NCBI GenBank assembly: GCA_905614355.1
Contig: CAJQSN010000015.1
Span: 22,325 to 86,324, forward strand
DNA: 64,000 nt
DNA from: an uncultured Rhodospirillales bacterium
GTDB lineage: Bacteria; Pseudomonadota; Alphaproteobacteria; Rhodospirillales; UBA2165
Direction: 5' to 3'
In this document: positions 27,033-36,125 of the stretch, piece by piece
Numbering within the stretch: the first letter of the stretch is position 1
How the letters are laid out: each line of letters starts with the position of its first letter
Made by a program: the position numbers and the translations under genes
The notes under the pieces: model-generated
What the model was told of the DNA's origin: nothing
The model's database searches: none
What the model saw: only the letters and a program-made list of their open reading frames with translations

Positions 27033-29204
27033 ATGGATGGTGGTACAGCACTAGCGCGAGTTACAAATACGGGAGAGCGGTCCTTTGGCTCTGAAATTAA
27101 AAAACTTACCCTAGGTGCCGGTGAAGAATTCCATGGAGAGGGCATCCTTGCAGTAACCAAAGCTTTATTGCAATCAGGCATAACATATGTTGGCGGGTAC
27201 CCTGGCGCTCCTATGTCTCATTTAATTGATGTGCTCGCTGATGCGAGTGAAGAAATTCTTGAACCGATGGGAATAACTTACGAACAGGCTGCCTCTGAAG
27301 CCGGAGCAGCCGCACTTCTCTCGGCATCTATTCATTATCCTATTCGAGGCGCTGTTACCTGGAAATCAGTTGTAGGGACCAACGTTGCCTCGGATGCACT
27401 CTCCAATTTAGCATCAACCGGGGTGACTGGTGGCTCACTTATTATTTTGGGTGACGATTATGGTGAAGGCTCAAGTATTATGCAGGAACGAACCTACACC
27501 TTTGCCATGAAATCTTCCATACCGTTAGTCGACCCGCGTTATGACATGGAGCGCATGGTTGAACTAACAGAACAGTGCTTTGGTATTTCAGAAGCATCCA
27601 ATATGCCAGTATTTCTAAACATGAGAATCAGAGCTTGTCACTTAACTGGCACATTTATAGCCAAAGATAATAAGATAGCCAAATTTAACTTCAACAATCC
27701 CATTCCTGAGCAGAAATACGATGTAACTAAAATTGTTTTACCACCAGCTTCTTATCAGCACGAAATAGCAAAGTTTGAAACTCGTTTACCGGCAGCAGCG
27801 AATTTTGCTATAGAAAATAAAATCAACGAACTTTTCGAAGGTTCGCAGGAAAATAAAAAAATTGGCATTATTACTCAAGGTGGAACATATACGGTTGTCA
27901 TGCGTGCTCTCCGTCGATTGGGAGTTGCAGATGCATACGGGAACAGTGATGTAGAAATCTACTGTATGAATTTAGTCTATCCATTGATCCAGAGTGAGCT
28001 AATTGATTTCATGGTAAATAAGGAGAGTGTTTTAGTAGTAGAGGAGGGTAATCCTAACTACATAGAAACCCAAATCGCCGAAATTGCACATACCAATGTA
28101 ATTAAATGCCGTGTTCATGGTAAAGACATGTTACCTATGGCAGGGGAATACGTCTCCAACGTTGTTCGTGAAGGAATTGCACAATATCTGGCTGAAGAAG
28201 GCTCAACAGAAATTAGTAAACTAGCTTTAGATAAAAATACCGAAATCATTGCGAAAACAAAAAAGGCTCAGTCGCATTTGCCAAGCCCTATGCCACCCCG
28301 ACCACCGTCATTCTGCACGGGTTGTCCGGAGAGGCCTATCATGGCTGCCTTAAAACTGCTAATGAAAGAACGCGGTAAATTTCACATATCAATGGATATC
28401 GGTTGTAATCTTTTTGGCTCCTTACCCCCCTTCAATGTCGGCAATACAGTCCTCGGGTATGGCCTCAGCTTGGCGAGCAGTGGGGCCATTGGACCCGCAC
28501 TTGGTCAACCTAACGTCGCCATTATGGGGGATGGTGGTTTTTGGCATAACGGGTTCACATCCGGCGTCGTAAATGCTCAGTGGAATAAATACGATTCTGT
28601 TTTAGTCATACTCGACAATGGCTATGCGGCAGCCACAGGCCAACATAAGTTACCATCAACAGGATCAACACCACGCGGCCTTGAATCATTATTATCAATT
28701 GAAAATGCCCTCAAAGGAGTCGGTATCACTTGGGTCAAACATGTTGATTCGTACAGTCTAGAAAATACCATTGACGTACTTAGGGAAGCTATGGAGGCTC
28801 GTAGCGAGGGCCTTAGGGTCGTGATATCAAACAACGAATGCATGCTAGCTAAACAACGGCGTATCAAACCAGAAAAAGCGGCTAACCTTAAAGCCGGAAA
28901 TACTGTAATCCATGAAAAATTTGGCGTGGATGAAGAAGTCTGTACTGGCGACCATTCTTGTATGCGGTTGAGCGGATGTCCATCACTTACCTTAAAACAA
29001 AGTAAGGATCCTCTAAAAGAGACGCCTGTTGCTCACGTTGATGAGAGTTGCGTCGCCTGCGGTAATTGTGGTGAAGTAGCACACGCAGCCCAACTATGCC
29101 CATCATTTTATAAAGCAACAGCCATCCAGAATGCAGGAATAATTCGCAAATATGCATCATCAATAAATCGTTCTTTTCTCAATCTAATGGGAAGTGTTAA
29201 ATGA
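27033..29204 (+). CDS. iorA: indolepyruvate/aryl-2-oxoacid:ferredoxin oxidoreductase alpha subunit (ThDP and Fe-S binding)
   Basis: 723 aa. GYPGAP N-terminal motif, ThDP motif GDGGFWHNG...LDNG, and a C-terminal ferredoxin-like Cys cluster (CTGDHSC...GCPS, CVACGNCGE...CPS). Confidence 0.8.
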   Translation: MDGGTALARVTNTGERSFGSEIKKLTLGAGEEFHGEGILAVTKALLQSGITYVGGYPGAPMSHLIDVLADASEEILEPMGITYEQAASEAGAAALLSASIHYPIRGAVTWKSVVGTNVASDALSNLASTGVTGGSLIILGDDYGEGSSIMQERTYTFAMKSSIPLVDPRYDMERMVELTEQCFGISEASNMPVFLNMRIRACHLTGTFIAKDNKIAKFNFNNPIPEQKYDVTKIVLPPASYQHEIAKFETRLPAAANFAIENKINELFEGSQENKKIGIITQGGTYTVVMRALRRLGVADAYGNSDVEIYCMNLVYPLIQSELIDFMVNKESVLVVEEGNPNYIETQIAEIAHTNVIKCRVHGKDMLPMAGEYVSNVVREGIAQYLAEEGSTEISKLALDKNTEIIAKTKKAQSHLPSPMPPRPPSFCTGCPERPIMAALKLLMKERGKFHISMDIGCNLFGSLPPFNVGNTVLGYGLSLASSGAIGPALGQPNVAIMGDGGFWHNGFTSGVVNAQWNKYDSVLVILDNGYAAATGQHKLPSTGSTPRGLESLLSIENALKGVGITWVKHVDSYSLENTIDVLREAMEARSEGLRVVISNNECMLAKQRRIKPEKAANLKAGNTVIHEKFGVDEEVCTGDHSCMRLSGCPSLTLKQSKDPLKETPVAHVDESCVACGNCGEVAHAAQLCPSFYKATAIQNAGIIRKYASSINRSFLNLMGSVK

Positions 29205-30634
29205 ACGAAATCACAACAACTACACCTGATCGCCCAATTTGTGTTTTACTAGGCGCACTTGGTGGCCAGGGTGGGGGCGTTTTGATCGACTGGTTGGTTA
29301 ATTCCGCCAAAAGAGCCGGCTATCCAGCGCAAGCGACATCAACGCCTGGGGTAGCACAAAGAACCGGAGCTACAACCTACTACTTTGAATTATTTCCAGA
29401 GAAGAACCCTATTGAAAGCCCTATTTTTACATTTTTTCCTGCGTCAGATGATTTAGATATAATGATTGCGATGGAACCTACAGAGGCTGGTCGTGCAATA
29501 GAGCGAGGGTTCGTAACAGATTTTACCACCGTCATAACAACAACTGAGCGAGTTTATTCTACAGCAGAAAAAGTATCGGCAGGGGATGGGCGCATTGACG
29601 TTATTCCTGTTATTGACGCTATCAAAAAAGCAGCGAAAAAATTAATACAGCTTGATGTGTCTGCCCTATCCGCCGAAACATCTGCCAGAGGAAACGCCAT
29701 TGCATTTGGAGCTGTTATTGGAAGCGGCATTCTACCTTTAACTCCAGAAGACTGCAGAGCGGCTATTACCGCAAAAGGTGTTGCGGTTGGGAGTAATTTA
29801 GCTGGTTTTGATATAGGACTTAAAGCGGCAAAAGAGGGTATCCAACCAAGCAGGCAAGATGATGACCTCACGTTTGACAAGGCACCGAACGAATTTGATG
29901 GAGAAATCTCAATATTCCCCGAGACTACTCGCGAAATTATTTCCCATGGAATTGTTAGATTGATTGACTACCAAGGCCCTAATTATGCTCGGGAATATCT
30001 TAAACGTTTAAAACGAATTTTAGATATTGATACGGATCAAACCAAAAAGCTTACCTCCGAAATGGCTCGCCATCTGGCCCGCTGGATGAGCTTTGAAGAC
30101 GTTATTCGTGTTGCCCAATTAAAAACGCGACCAGGGCGACTTTCTCGGATCCGAAACGAACTAAAAGTAGGCCCAAATACGCCATTAAAACTAACAGACT
30201 ATTTCAAACCGGGACGCGATGAAGTTTTAGGAGTTATCCCCAAAAGTTTGAGTTGGTTGGTACCATCGCTGAGCAAAGGAATAGCTCTCCATATACCGAC
30301 AGGATCAGCTTTTGGATTTGCCATGTTAAAATTTTTATCTATTCTAAAGCCATTGCGAACTAAAACTAGCCAGTATATTGAAGAACAAAAGGCGATTGAT
30401 CAATGGCTAAATGCAGTGATCAAAGCTAAATCTCAGGACTATTATTTGGCATGCCAAACGGCTAACCTTGCAATTCTAGCTAGGGGTTATGGCGACGTGC
30501 GCAAAACAGGATTGAAAAAACTCGATTTGTTATTTATCGATTGGAATAAAAAATTAGAAAATGACCATTCTGGTATGACAGCCCAAGTAGACCAAATGAT
30601 TTTACTTGCACATTCCAATCCCGATGTAATTTAA
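29201..30634 (+). CDS. iorB: indolepyruvate oxidoreductase beta-subunit family protein (long proteobacterial form)
   Basis: 477 aa. N-terminal GALGGQGGGVL pyruvate-ferredoxin-oxidoreductase gamma-like domain. ATGA overlap with iorA. Confidence 0.75.
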   Translation: MNEITTTTPDRPICVLLGALGGQGGGVLIDWLVNSAKRAGYPAQATSTPGVAQRTGATTYYFELFPEKNPIESPIFTFFPASDDLDIMIAMEPTEAGRAIERGFVTDFTTVITTTERVYSTAEKVSAGDGRIDVIPVIDAIKKAAKKLIQLDVSALSAETSARGNAIAFGAVIGSGILPLTPEDCRAAITAKGVAVGSNLAGFDIGLKAAKEGIQPSRQDDDLTFDKAPNEFDGEISIFPETTREIISHGIVRLIDYQGPNYAREYLKRLKRILDIDTDQTKKLTSEMARHLARWMSFEDVIRVAQLKTRPGRLSRIRNELKVGPNTPLKLTDYFKPGRDEVLGVIPKSLSWLVPSLSKGIALHIPTGSAFGFAMLKFLSILKPLRTKTSQYIEEQKAIDQWLNAVIKAKSQDYYLACQTANLAILARGYGDVRKTGLKKLDLLFIDWNKKLENDHSGMTAQVDQMILLAHSNPDVI

Positions 30635-30654
30635 GATTTCTCTAGGAAAGTATT

Positions 30655-31155
30655 ATGGGTGAAAAACGAAATAAAACGCATCTTCATTGCACGGTGAATG
30701 GTAAAGAACGTGATAACTTTGTACCAGACAACATGCTTCTAGTTGATTATCTCCGCGAAGATCTGGACCTCACGGGCACTAAAATTGGTTGCGATGGTGG
30801 TGAATGCGGTTGCTGCACTGTTCTTATAGGAGGCGCACCTCAACATGCCTGCTTGCGCCTGGCAGCAACTTGTCAAGAGCTAGACATCGAGACTATTGAG
30901 TCTCTGTCAGATGCCAGCCGCCTCTCCGCCCTACAACGCGGCTTCCACGAAAAACTTGGTGCGCAATGCGGTTTTTGTACTCCGGGCATGATTATGGCGG
31001 CTGAAGGTTTGCTTAGACAAAATCCTAATCCAAGCGAAGAACAAATCCGTCAAGGGCTAGCCTCTAATATCTGTCGCTGTACAGGCTACATAAAAATTAT
31101 TGAATCGGTTCAATTTGCAATTGGTGAATTAAAATTGGCGGGGAACGCGACATGA
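30655..31155 (+). CDS. hcrC: (2Fe-2S)-binding subunit, 4-hydroxybenzoyl-CoA reductase gamma-like
   Basis: 166 aa. GCDGGECGCCTV and CGFCTPGM...CRCTGY motifs. Symbol assigned from operon context with the HcrB-type beta subunit. Confidence 0.7.
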   Translation: MGEKRNKTHLHCTVNGKERDNFVPDNMLLVDYLREDLDLTGTKIGCDGGECGCCTVLIGGAPQHACLRLAATCQELDIETIESLSDASRLSALQRGFHEKLGAQCGFCTPGMIMAAEGLLRQNPNPSEEQIRQGLASNICRCTGYIKIIESVQFAIGELKLAGNAT

Positions 31156-33467
31156 ACCAAATAAAGCCGACCAAATCTATTGGAATTCGAAAACCATTGG
31201 TAGATGGTCCCGAAAAAGTTTCTGGCAAAGCACTTTATTCAGCCGATTTTATCCCAGCCGACTGTTTAGTAGGACGCATATTTAGAAGTCCTATTTCTCA
31301 CGGTGAGATAATTGAGGTCGATGTTTCAAAAGCTGAAGCATTGCCCGGTGTGAAAGCCGTTATCACTGGTGATGTGACAGATGAGACGTTTGGTGTTTTG
31401 CCAATCGCCAGGTTTGAATACCCACTAGCCCGCGATAAAGTGCGCTATAAAGGTGAGCCAGTAGCTTGTGTGGCAGCAATTGACGCCGAAACGGCTCAAA
31501 AGGCAATCGAACTCATTAAATTCAATTATAAAGAGCTGCCTGCATACTTTACCTCAAAAGATGCAATGGCCAAGGGATCCGTCAATATACACGACCACCG
31601 TGAAGGTAATATCGAACGCGATGTGGATTTTGATCTTGGAGAAACTGATGGTGGGCTTAAAGCTGCCGACTTAATTATGGAAGAAACCTACAATTGCGCG
31701 GAAGTAGCCCAAGTACAAAGTGAACCCCATGCGGCAATAGCTGAATACGACGCAATACGCGACTTTATGACTGTGCGTGCAAGCACGCAAGTTCCATATT
31801 ATGGACATAAAATGCTGGCAAAAACTCTCAAAATGCAAGAGAGCAAAGTTCGCATGATTAAGCCATTTGTAGGTGGAGGATTTGGGTGTCGTACGGAGTG
31901 TTTAAATGTTGAACTCATTTGTGCTCTCGCGGCACGCGCTGCGCAAGGTACAGTCCGTATTGTAACAAGCCGCGAGGAGACATTTATTACCCATCGCGGT
32001 AGGCCAGAGACTGATGTGGAAATTAAAATTGGTGTTAAAAAAAATGGCTTAATCACTGCTGTTGATTTTAAAGCTATCCAGCGTGGCGGAGCATATAGTG
32101 GCTATGGAGTTGTAACTATTCTCTATGCTGGTGGCCTGATGTTTGGTGTCTACAATTTGCCTGCTGTACGATATCGTGGACTTCGCGTTCTTACCAACAC
32201 CCCGCCGCCTGGTGCAATGCGTGGGCATGGAACGACGGACGTACGCTATGCATTTGAAAGCCTACTCGATAAAATTGCGAATGAATTGGGCATTGATGCA
32301 ATTGAAATACGGCGAAGAAATCTTTTAAAAGCTCCTAAGTATGAAACTCTAAACGAGATGTTTATTAATTCCTACGGACTGCCTGAATGCCTGGATTGGG
32401 TCGAAGAGAAAAGCGGTTGGAAAGAACGTAAAGGAAAATTAGGCCCAAACAGAGGTCTAGGGGTAGCTTGCGCACACTATCCAAGCGGTGCATCGAAACC
32501 CGTAAACTGGACTGGGGAACCCCACGCCACCGTCCATCTAAAACTTGACTGGGATGGATCAATAACACTTTTGACGGGCGCTCCGGAAATTGGGCAAGGC
32601 TCCACAACAATGGCAACCCAATGTGCTGCTGAAATACTTGGTCTGGATATGTCACGCTTTCAAAGCCTTACTAGCGATAGTAAGTTAACACCAAAAGATA
32701 ACGGTTCTTATTCCTCTCGCGTCACTTATATGGTAGGCAACGCATCTATTGATGCCGCCACTAATTTAAAGAATATTTTAATTGAAGCCGCTGCGCGTAA
32801 ATTAGAGGTAAAGCCGGAAGATATTGAATGCCTCGGAGAAATATACCGCGCTGGCACACAGGATGATGGGCTTAACTTCAATGAAGTTGTGCAGGCAGCC
32901 CTTGAAGGCACTGGAACAATTACTGTTAAAGGTAACTATGATACTCTGCCGGAATCTTGGGGTACAAAAAAATACCGAGGTGGTGCTATCAGTGGCAGTA
33001 TGGCATACGCCTATGCCGCTCAAGTGGTTGAAGTCAGTATTGATCCAGATACAGCGGAGATTACAGTGGAAAAGGTTTGGGCCGCTCAGGATGTTGGTAA
33101 AGCTTTGAACCCTCTAGCTGTAGAGGGACAAATCGAGGGTTCAGTCTGGATGGGAATGGGACAAGCTATTTCTGAAGGTACACAATATGTTAACGGCTTG
33201 GGCATCACCAACAGCATGCTGGATTATAGGGTCCCTACAATTATCGAATCGCCGCCAATCGAAGTTGGAATTATCGAAAGCATTGATCCACATGGGCCAT
33301 TTGGAGCCAAAGAGGCGGGAGAAACTTCCTTAGTTGCATTCATTCCAGCGTTGACCAACGCTATTGCAGATGCAATTGGGGTTCGCCCAATTGACCTACC
33401 GGTTACCCCTGACAGGCTCCTACAATTGATGGAAGACTACCAAAAAACAGAAAAGGCTGCAGAATAA
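31152..33467 (+). CDS. hcrA: molybdopterin-binding subunit, 4-hydroxybenzoyl-CoA reductase alpha-like (XDH family)
   Basis: 771 aa. GGGFGCR, GAMRGHG, VEGQIEGS and GAKEAGE motifs of the XDH family. ATGA overlap with the gamma subunit. Confidence 0.7.
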   Translation: MNQIKPTKSIGIRKPLVDGPEKVSGKALYSADFIPADCLVGRIFRSPISHGEIIEVDVSKAEALPGVKAVITGDVTDETFGVLPIARFEYPLARDKVRYKGEPVACVAAIDAETAQKAIELIKFNYKELPAYFTSKDAMAKGSVNIHDHREGNIERDVDFDLGETDGGLKAADLIMEETYNCAEVAQVQSEPHAAIAEYDAIRDFMTVRASTQVPYYGHKMLAKTLKMQESKVRMIKPFVGGGFGCRTECLNVELICALAARAAQGTVRIVTSREETFITHRGRPETDVEIKIGVKKNGLITAVDFKAIQRGGAYSGYGVVTILYAGGLMFGVYNLPAVRYRGLRVLTNTPPPGAMRGHGTTDVRYAFESLLDKIANELGIDAIEIRRRNLLKAPKYETLNEMFINSYGLPECLDWVEEKSGWKERKGKLGPNRGLGVACAHYPSGASKPVNWTGEPHATVHLKLDWDGSITLLTGAPEIGQGSTTMATQCAAEILGLDMSRFQSLTSDSKLTPKDNGSYSSRVTYMVGNASIDAATNLKNILIEAAARKLEVKPEDIECLGEIYRAGTQDDGLNFNEVVQAALEGTGTITVKGNYDTLPESWGTKKYRGGAISGSMAYAYAAQVVEVSIDPDTAEITVEKVWAAQDVGKALNPLAVEGQIEGSVWMGMGQAISEGTQYVNGLGITNSMLDYRVPTIIESPPIEVGIIESIDPHGPFGAKEAGETSLVAFIPALTNAIADAIGVRPIDLPVTPDRLLQLMEDYQKTEKAAE

Positions 33468-34441
33468 TGGAATATATGCCAAACTTCCAACTTCATCGCC
33501 CTGAAACTCCCGAGGAGGCTATAAAGCTACTCAACGAACAACCTGAAGCAAAATTAGTTGCTGGCGGAACAGACATGATAGTCAATGTCCGGCGCGGTAT
33601 TGAACAGCCCAAAAACCTGATTGATCTAAGTTCCATAAATCAGCTAAAAGAAATTACCGAATCTAACGATGGCCTTCGGATTGGGGCTGGAGTAACGCTT
33701 AACAAGGTGGCAACTACGGCCTTAATAAAAAAAGGCTACCCGGCAGTAGCCGAAGCTGCATCATCTGTAGCAGGCGGCACACACCAACAGTATGGGACAC
33801 TTGGGGGTAACCTATGCTTAGATACGCGCTGTTTGTTTTATAATCAAAGTGAATGGTGGCGCCAAAGCAATGACTATTGCATGAAAGAACGAGGAGATGT
33901 GTGTCACGTGGCGCCGGGTGGGAAACGTTGCTTTGCAGCATTCTCTGGGGATGTTGCGCCAGCAATGTTAGTATATACGGCAGAAGTCGAGTTGCTAAGC
34001 TCCAGGGGAATACGACGTATCCCACTAGCTGAAATGTATCAAAATGATGGAATGAACCATTTAACGTTAGCTCCTGATGAATTGGTTAGTGCAGTTCATT
34101 TGCCAAGAACTCTAAATGGAACCCCATCCCGTTATGAAAAAGTGCGTATTCGGGGTTCGATAGACTTTCCATTGGCTGGTGCAGCCGTTCGACTAAAAAT
34201 GAACTGTGGAAAAGTTGAAGACATTTCAATCGCATTGACTGGCGTAAACCCATTTCCCCAAATCATTAAAGGTACGGATGAATATATTGGTAAAGCTCTC
34301 AATGATGAGGGCCTCGACATTTTACGAGACAGTGTTCGTAAACAAGCAAAACCAATGAAAACAACCACGGTGGCCCCATGGTACCGTCGTCGTGTAATTG
34401 GAGCTCTAGCCAGAAAATTAATAAAAGAACTTGCTGCTTAA
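33467..34441 (+). CDS. hcrB: FAD-binding subunit with inserted Cys-rich [4Fe-4S]-type loop, 4-hydroxybenzoyl-CoA reductase beta-like
   Basis: 324 aa. VAGGTDMIVNVR FAD motif. Insertion GNLCLDTRCLFYNQSEWWRQSNDYCMKERGDVCHVAPGGKRCFAAFSGD, with Cys at residues 122/138/146/155. Confidence 0.75.
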   Translation: MEYMPNFQLHRPETPEEAIKLLNEQPEAKLVAGGTDMIVNVRRGIEQPKNLIDLSSINQLKEITESNDGLRIGAGVTLNKVATTALIKKGYPAVAEAASSVAGGTHQQYGTLGGNLCLDTRCLFYNQSEWWRQSNDYCMKERGDVCHVAPGGKRCFAAFSGDVAPAMLVYTAEVELLSSRGIRRIPLAEMYQNDGMNHLTLAPDELVSAVHLPRTLNGTPSRYEKVRIRGSIDFPLAGAAVRLKMNCGKVEDISIALTGVNPFPQIIKGTDEYIGKALNDEGLDILRDSVRKQAKPMKTTTVAPWYRRRVIGALARKLIKELAA

Positions 34442-34513
34442 AAGTTAGGTAGGCTCACTTTAACTAAAAAATGGCATTCATTATAATGGTAATATTCCAA
34501 TAGTTTTCATAAG

Positions 34514-34561
34514 TGTTTGATCACAATTTAGTTTAGACCTAAACTAAATTGTGATCAAACA
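34514..34561. repeat. 48-bp perfect palindrome (23-nt arms, 2-nt centre) between hcrB-like and gcdH
   Basis: TGTTTGATCACAATTTAGTTTAG-ac-CTAAACTAAATTGTGATCAAACA read directly from the sequence. No flanking U-tract. Confidence 0.9.
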
Positions 34562-34588
34562 AAGTTGGAACTTAATTGAAAGACCAAT

Positions 34589-35773
34589 ATGGCAAAAAAA
34601 ATAGAATTTCAATGGGATGACCCTTTTTTCTTCGATGACCAACTAGAAGAAGAGGAACGCCTTGTCCGAGATACGGCGCGCAACTACGCCCAGGAAAAAT
34701 TGATGCCCCGAGTTTTAGAGGCCAATAGACATGAAATCTTCGATCGGGAAATATTTAACGAAATGGGTGAGCTAGGGTTTTTTGGCATTACCCAGCCAGA
34801 GGAATATGGAGGTGCTAACCTCAATTATGTATGTTATGGCCTAGTAAATCGGGAAGTGGAAAAAATAGACTCTGGCTACCGTTCTATGATGTCTGTTCAA
34901 TCATCCCTAGTAATGCACCCAATTTACAGCTACGGCAGCGAAGAACAAAAGAAAAAATATCTGCCCAAACTTTCGACGGGTGAGTGGATTGGTTGCTTTG
35001 GTTTAACGGAACCTGATCATGGTTCAGATCCTGGTGGAATGACAACACGAGCTCAGAAAAAAGATGGTGGGTATATTATAACCGGTAATAAAATGTGGAT
35101 TTCAAATTCACCGGTAGCAGATGTCTTTATCGTTTGGGCTAAGTTAGAAGGCGTTATCAGGGGGTTTATCCTTGAAAAAGGAATGAAGGGTTTAAGTGCA
35201 CCAAAAATAGAAGGCAAATTTTCACTCCGTACGTCCATTACTGGCGAAATTGTAATGGATAATGTACCTGTGCCAGGCGAAAATATACTACCAAACGTTT
35301 CCGGTCTGGGGGGGCCATTTGGTTGTCTCAACAAAGCCCGTTTTGGTATTTCATGGGGAACAATGGGTGCCGCAGAGTTTTGCTGGCATGCAGCAAGACA
35401 ATACACGCTAGACAGAAAACAATTTGGCCGGCCATTAGCTGCTAATCAGCTTATTCAAAAAAAACTTGCTGACATGCAAACTGAAATTACATTGGGCCTA
35501 CAAGGTGTACTGCGAATTGCAAGACTTATGGACCAAGACCGTTGCCCTCCAGAGGATATCTCTATGATGAAGAGGAACAATGCGGGTAAAGCGCTAGATA
35601 TAGCCAGAATGTCTAGAGATATGCATGGTGGCAATGGGATTGTCGATGAATTTCACGTTATCAGGCACCTGATGAACCTTGAAACTGTTAATACATATGA
35701 AGGTACTCATGATGTTCACGCTCTTATATTGGGAAGAGCCCAAACAGGTTTACAAGCCTTCTTTCCAGAATAA
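34589..35773 (+). CDS. gcdH: glutaryl-CoA dehydrogenase
   Basis: 394 aa. An acyl-CoA dehydrogenase with the GcdH-typical N-terminus ([29 protein letters not shown]) and [14 protein letters not shown]. Confidence 0.8.
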   Translation: MAKKIEFQWDDPFFFDDQLEEEERLVRDTARNYAQEKLMPRVLEANRHEIFDREIFNEMGELGFFGITQPEEYGGANLNYVCYGLVNREVEKIDSGYRSMMSVQSSLVMHPIYSYGSEEQKKKYLPKLSTGEWIGCFGLTEPDHGSDPGGMTTRAQKKDGGYIITGNKMWISNSPVADVFIVWAKLEGVIRGFILEKGMKGLSAPKIEGKFSLRTSITGEIVMDNVPVPGENILPNVSGLGGPFGCLNKARFGISWGTMGAAEFCWHAARQYTLDRKQFGRPLAANQLIQKKLADMQTEITLGLQGVLRIARLMDQDRCPPEDISMMKRNNAGKALDIARMSRDMHGGNGIVDEFHVIRHLMNLETVNTYEGTHDVHALILGRAQTGLQAFFPE

Positions 35774-35908
35774 TATTCTGCTAAATTGAGTCCTCTATTG
35801 TTAATTTTTATGTTGGCTAAGATCCTTGATTTTAGATTTGAGTAGCAAATGATTTGGCGTTTTTCTAAATAGGCAATCTTGACTTCCTACTAAATTAGTA
35901 AAGAGAAT

Positions 35909-36092
35909 ATGAATATTCCACAAATAAAATTTAAAAGCGTAACTAAAATCTTTCCCCCAAATCGCTGAACGTATTACAATGCTGTATGATGGGAAAATCA
36001 TTTGGTGTGGGCAGACAACAGAAGCCAATAATTCCAATAAAACTTATTTGGATCAGTTTACACATAGCCGAGCCAAAGGTCTTATTGAATAG
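35909..36092 (+). pseudogene. internally deleted relic of an MlaF-like ABC transporter ATPase gene
   Basis: ATG at 35909 gives MNIPQIKFKSVTKIFPPNR* (ABC ATPase N-terminus). From 35943, in another frame, LKSFPQIAERITMLYDGKIIWCGQTTEANNSNKTYLDQFTHSRAKGLIE* is an ABC ATPase C-terminal end. Walker A through the D-loop is missing. Confidence 0.5.
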
Positions 36093-36125
36093 CAATTACC
36101 GCTATACAAAATAAGAAGGATTAGC

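Noticed and set aside
35801-36037. 78-aa minus-strand ORF in the gcdH-puuD-like spacer.
   Set aside because: It has no motifs or SD, and the plus strand of the same stretch carries recognisable ABC ATPase N- and C-terminal remnants. The minus-strand ORF is therefore best explained as chance.
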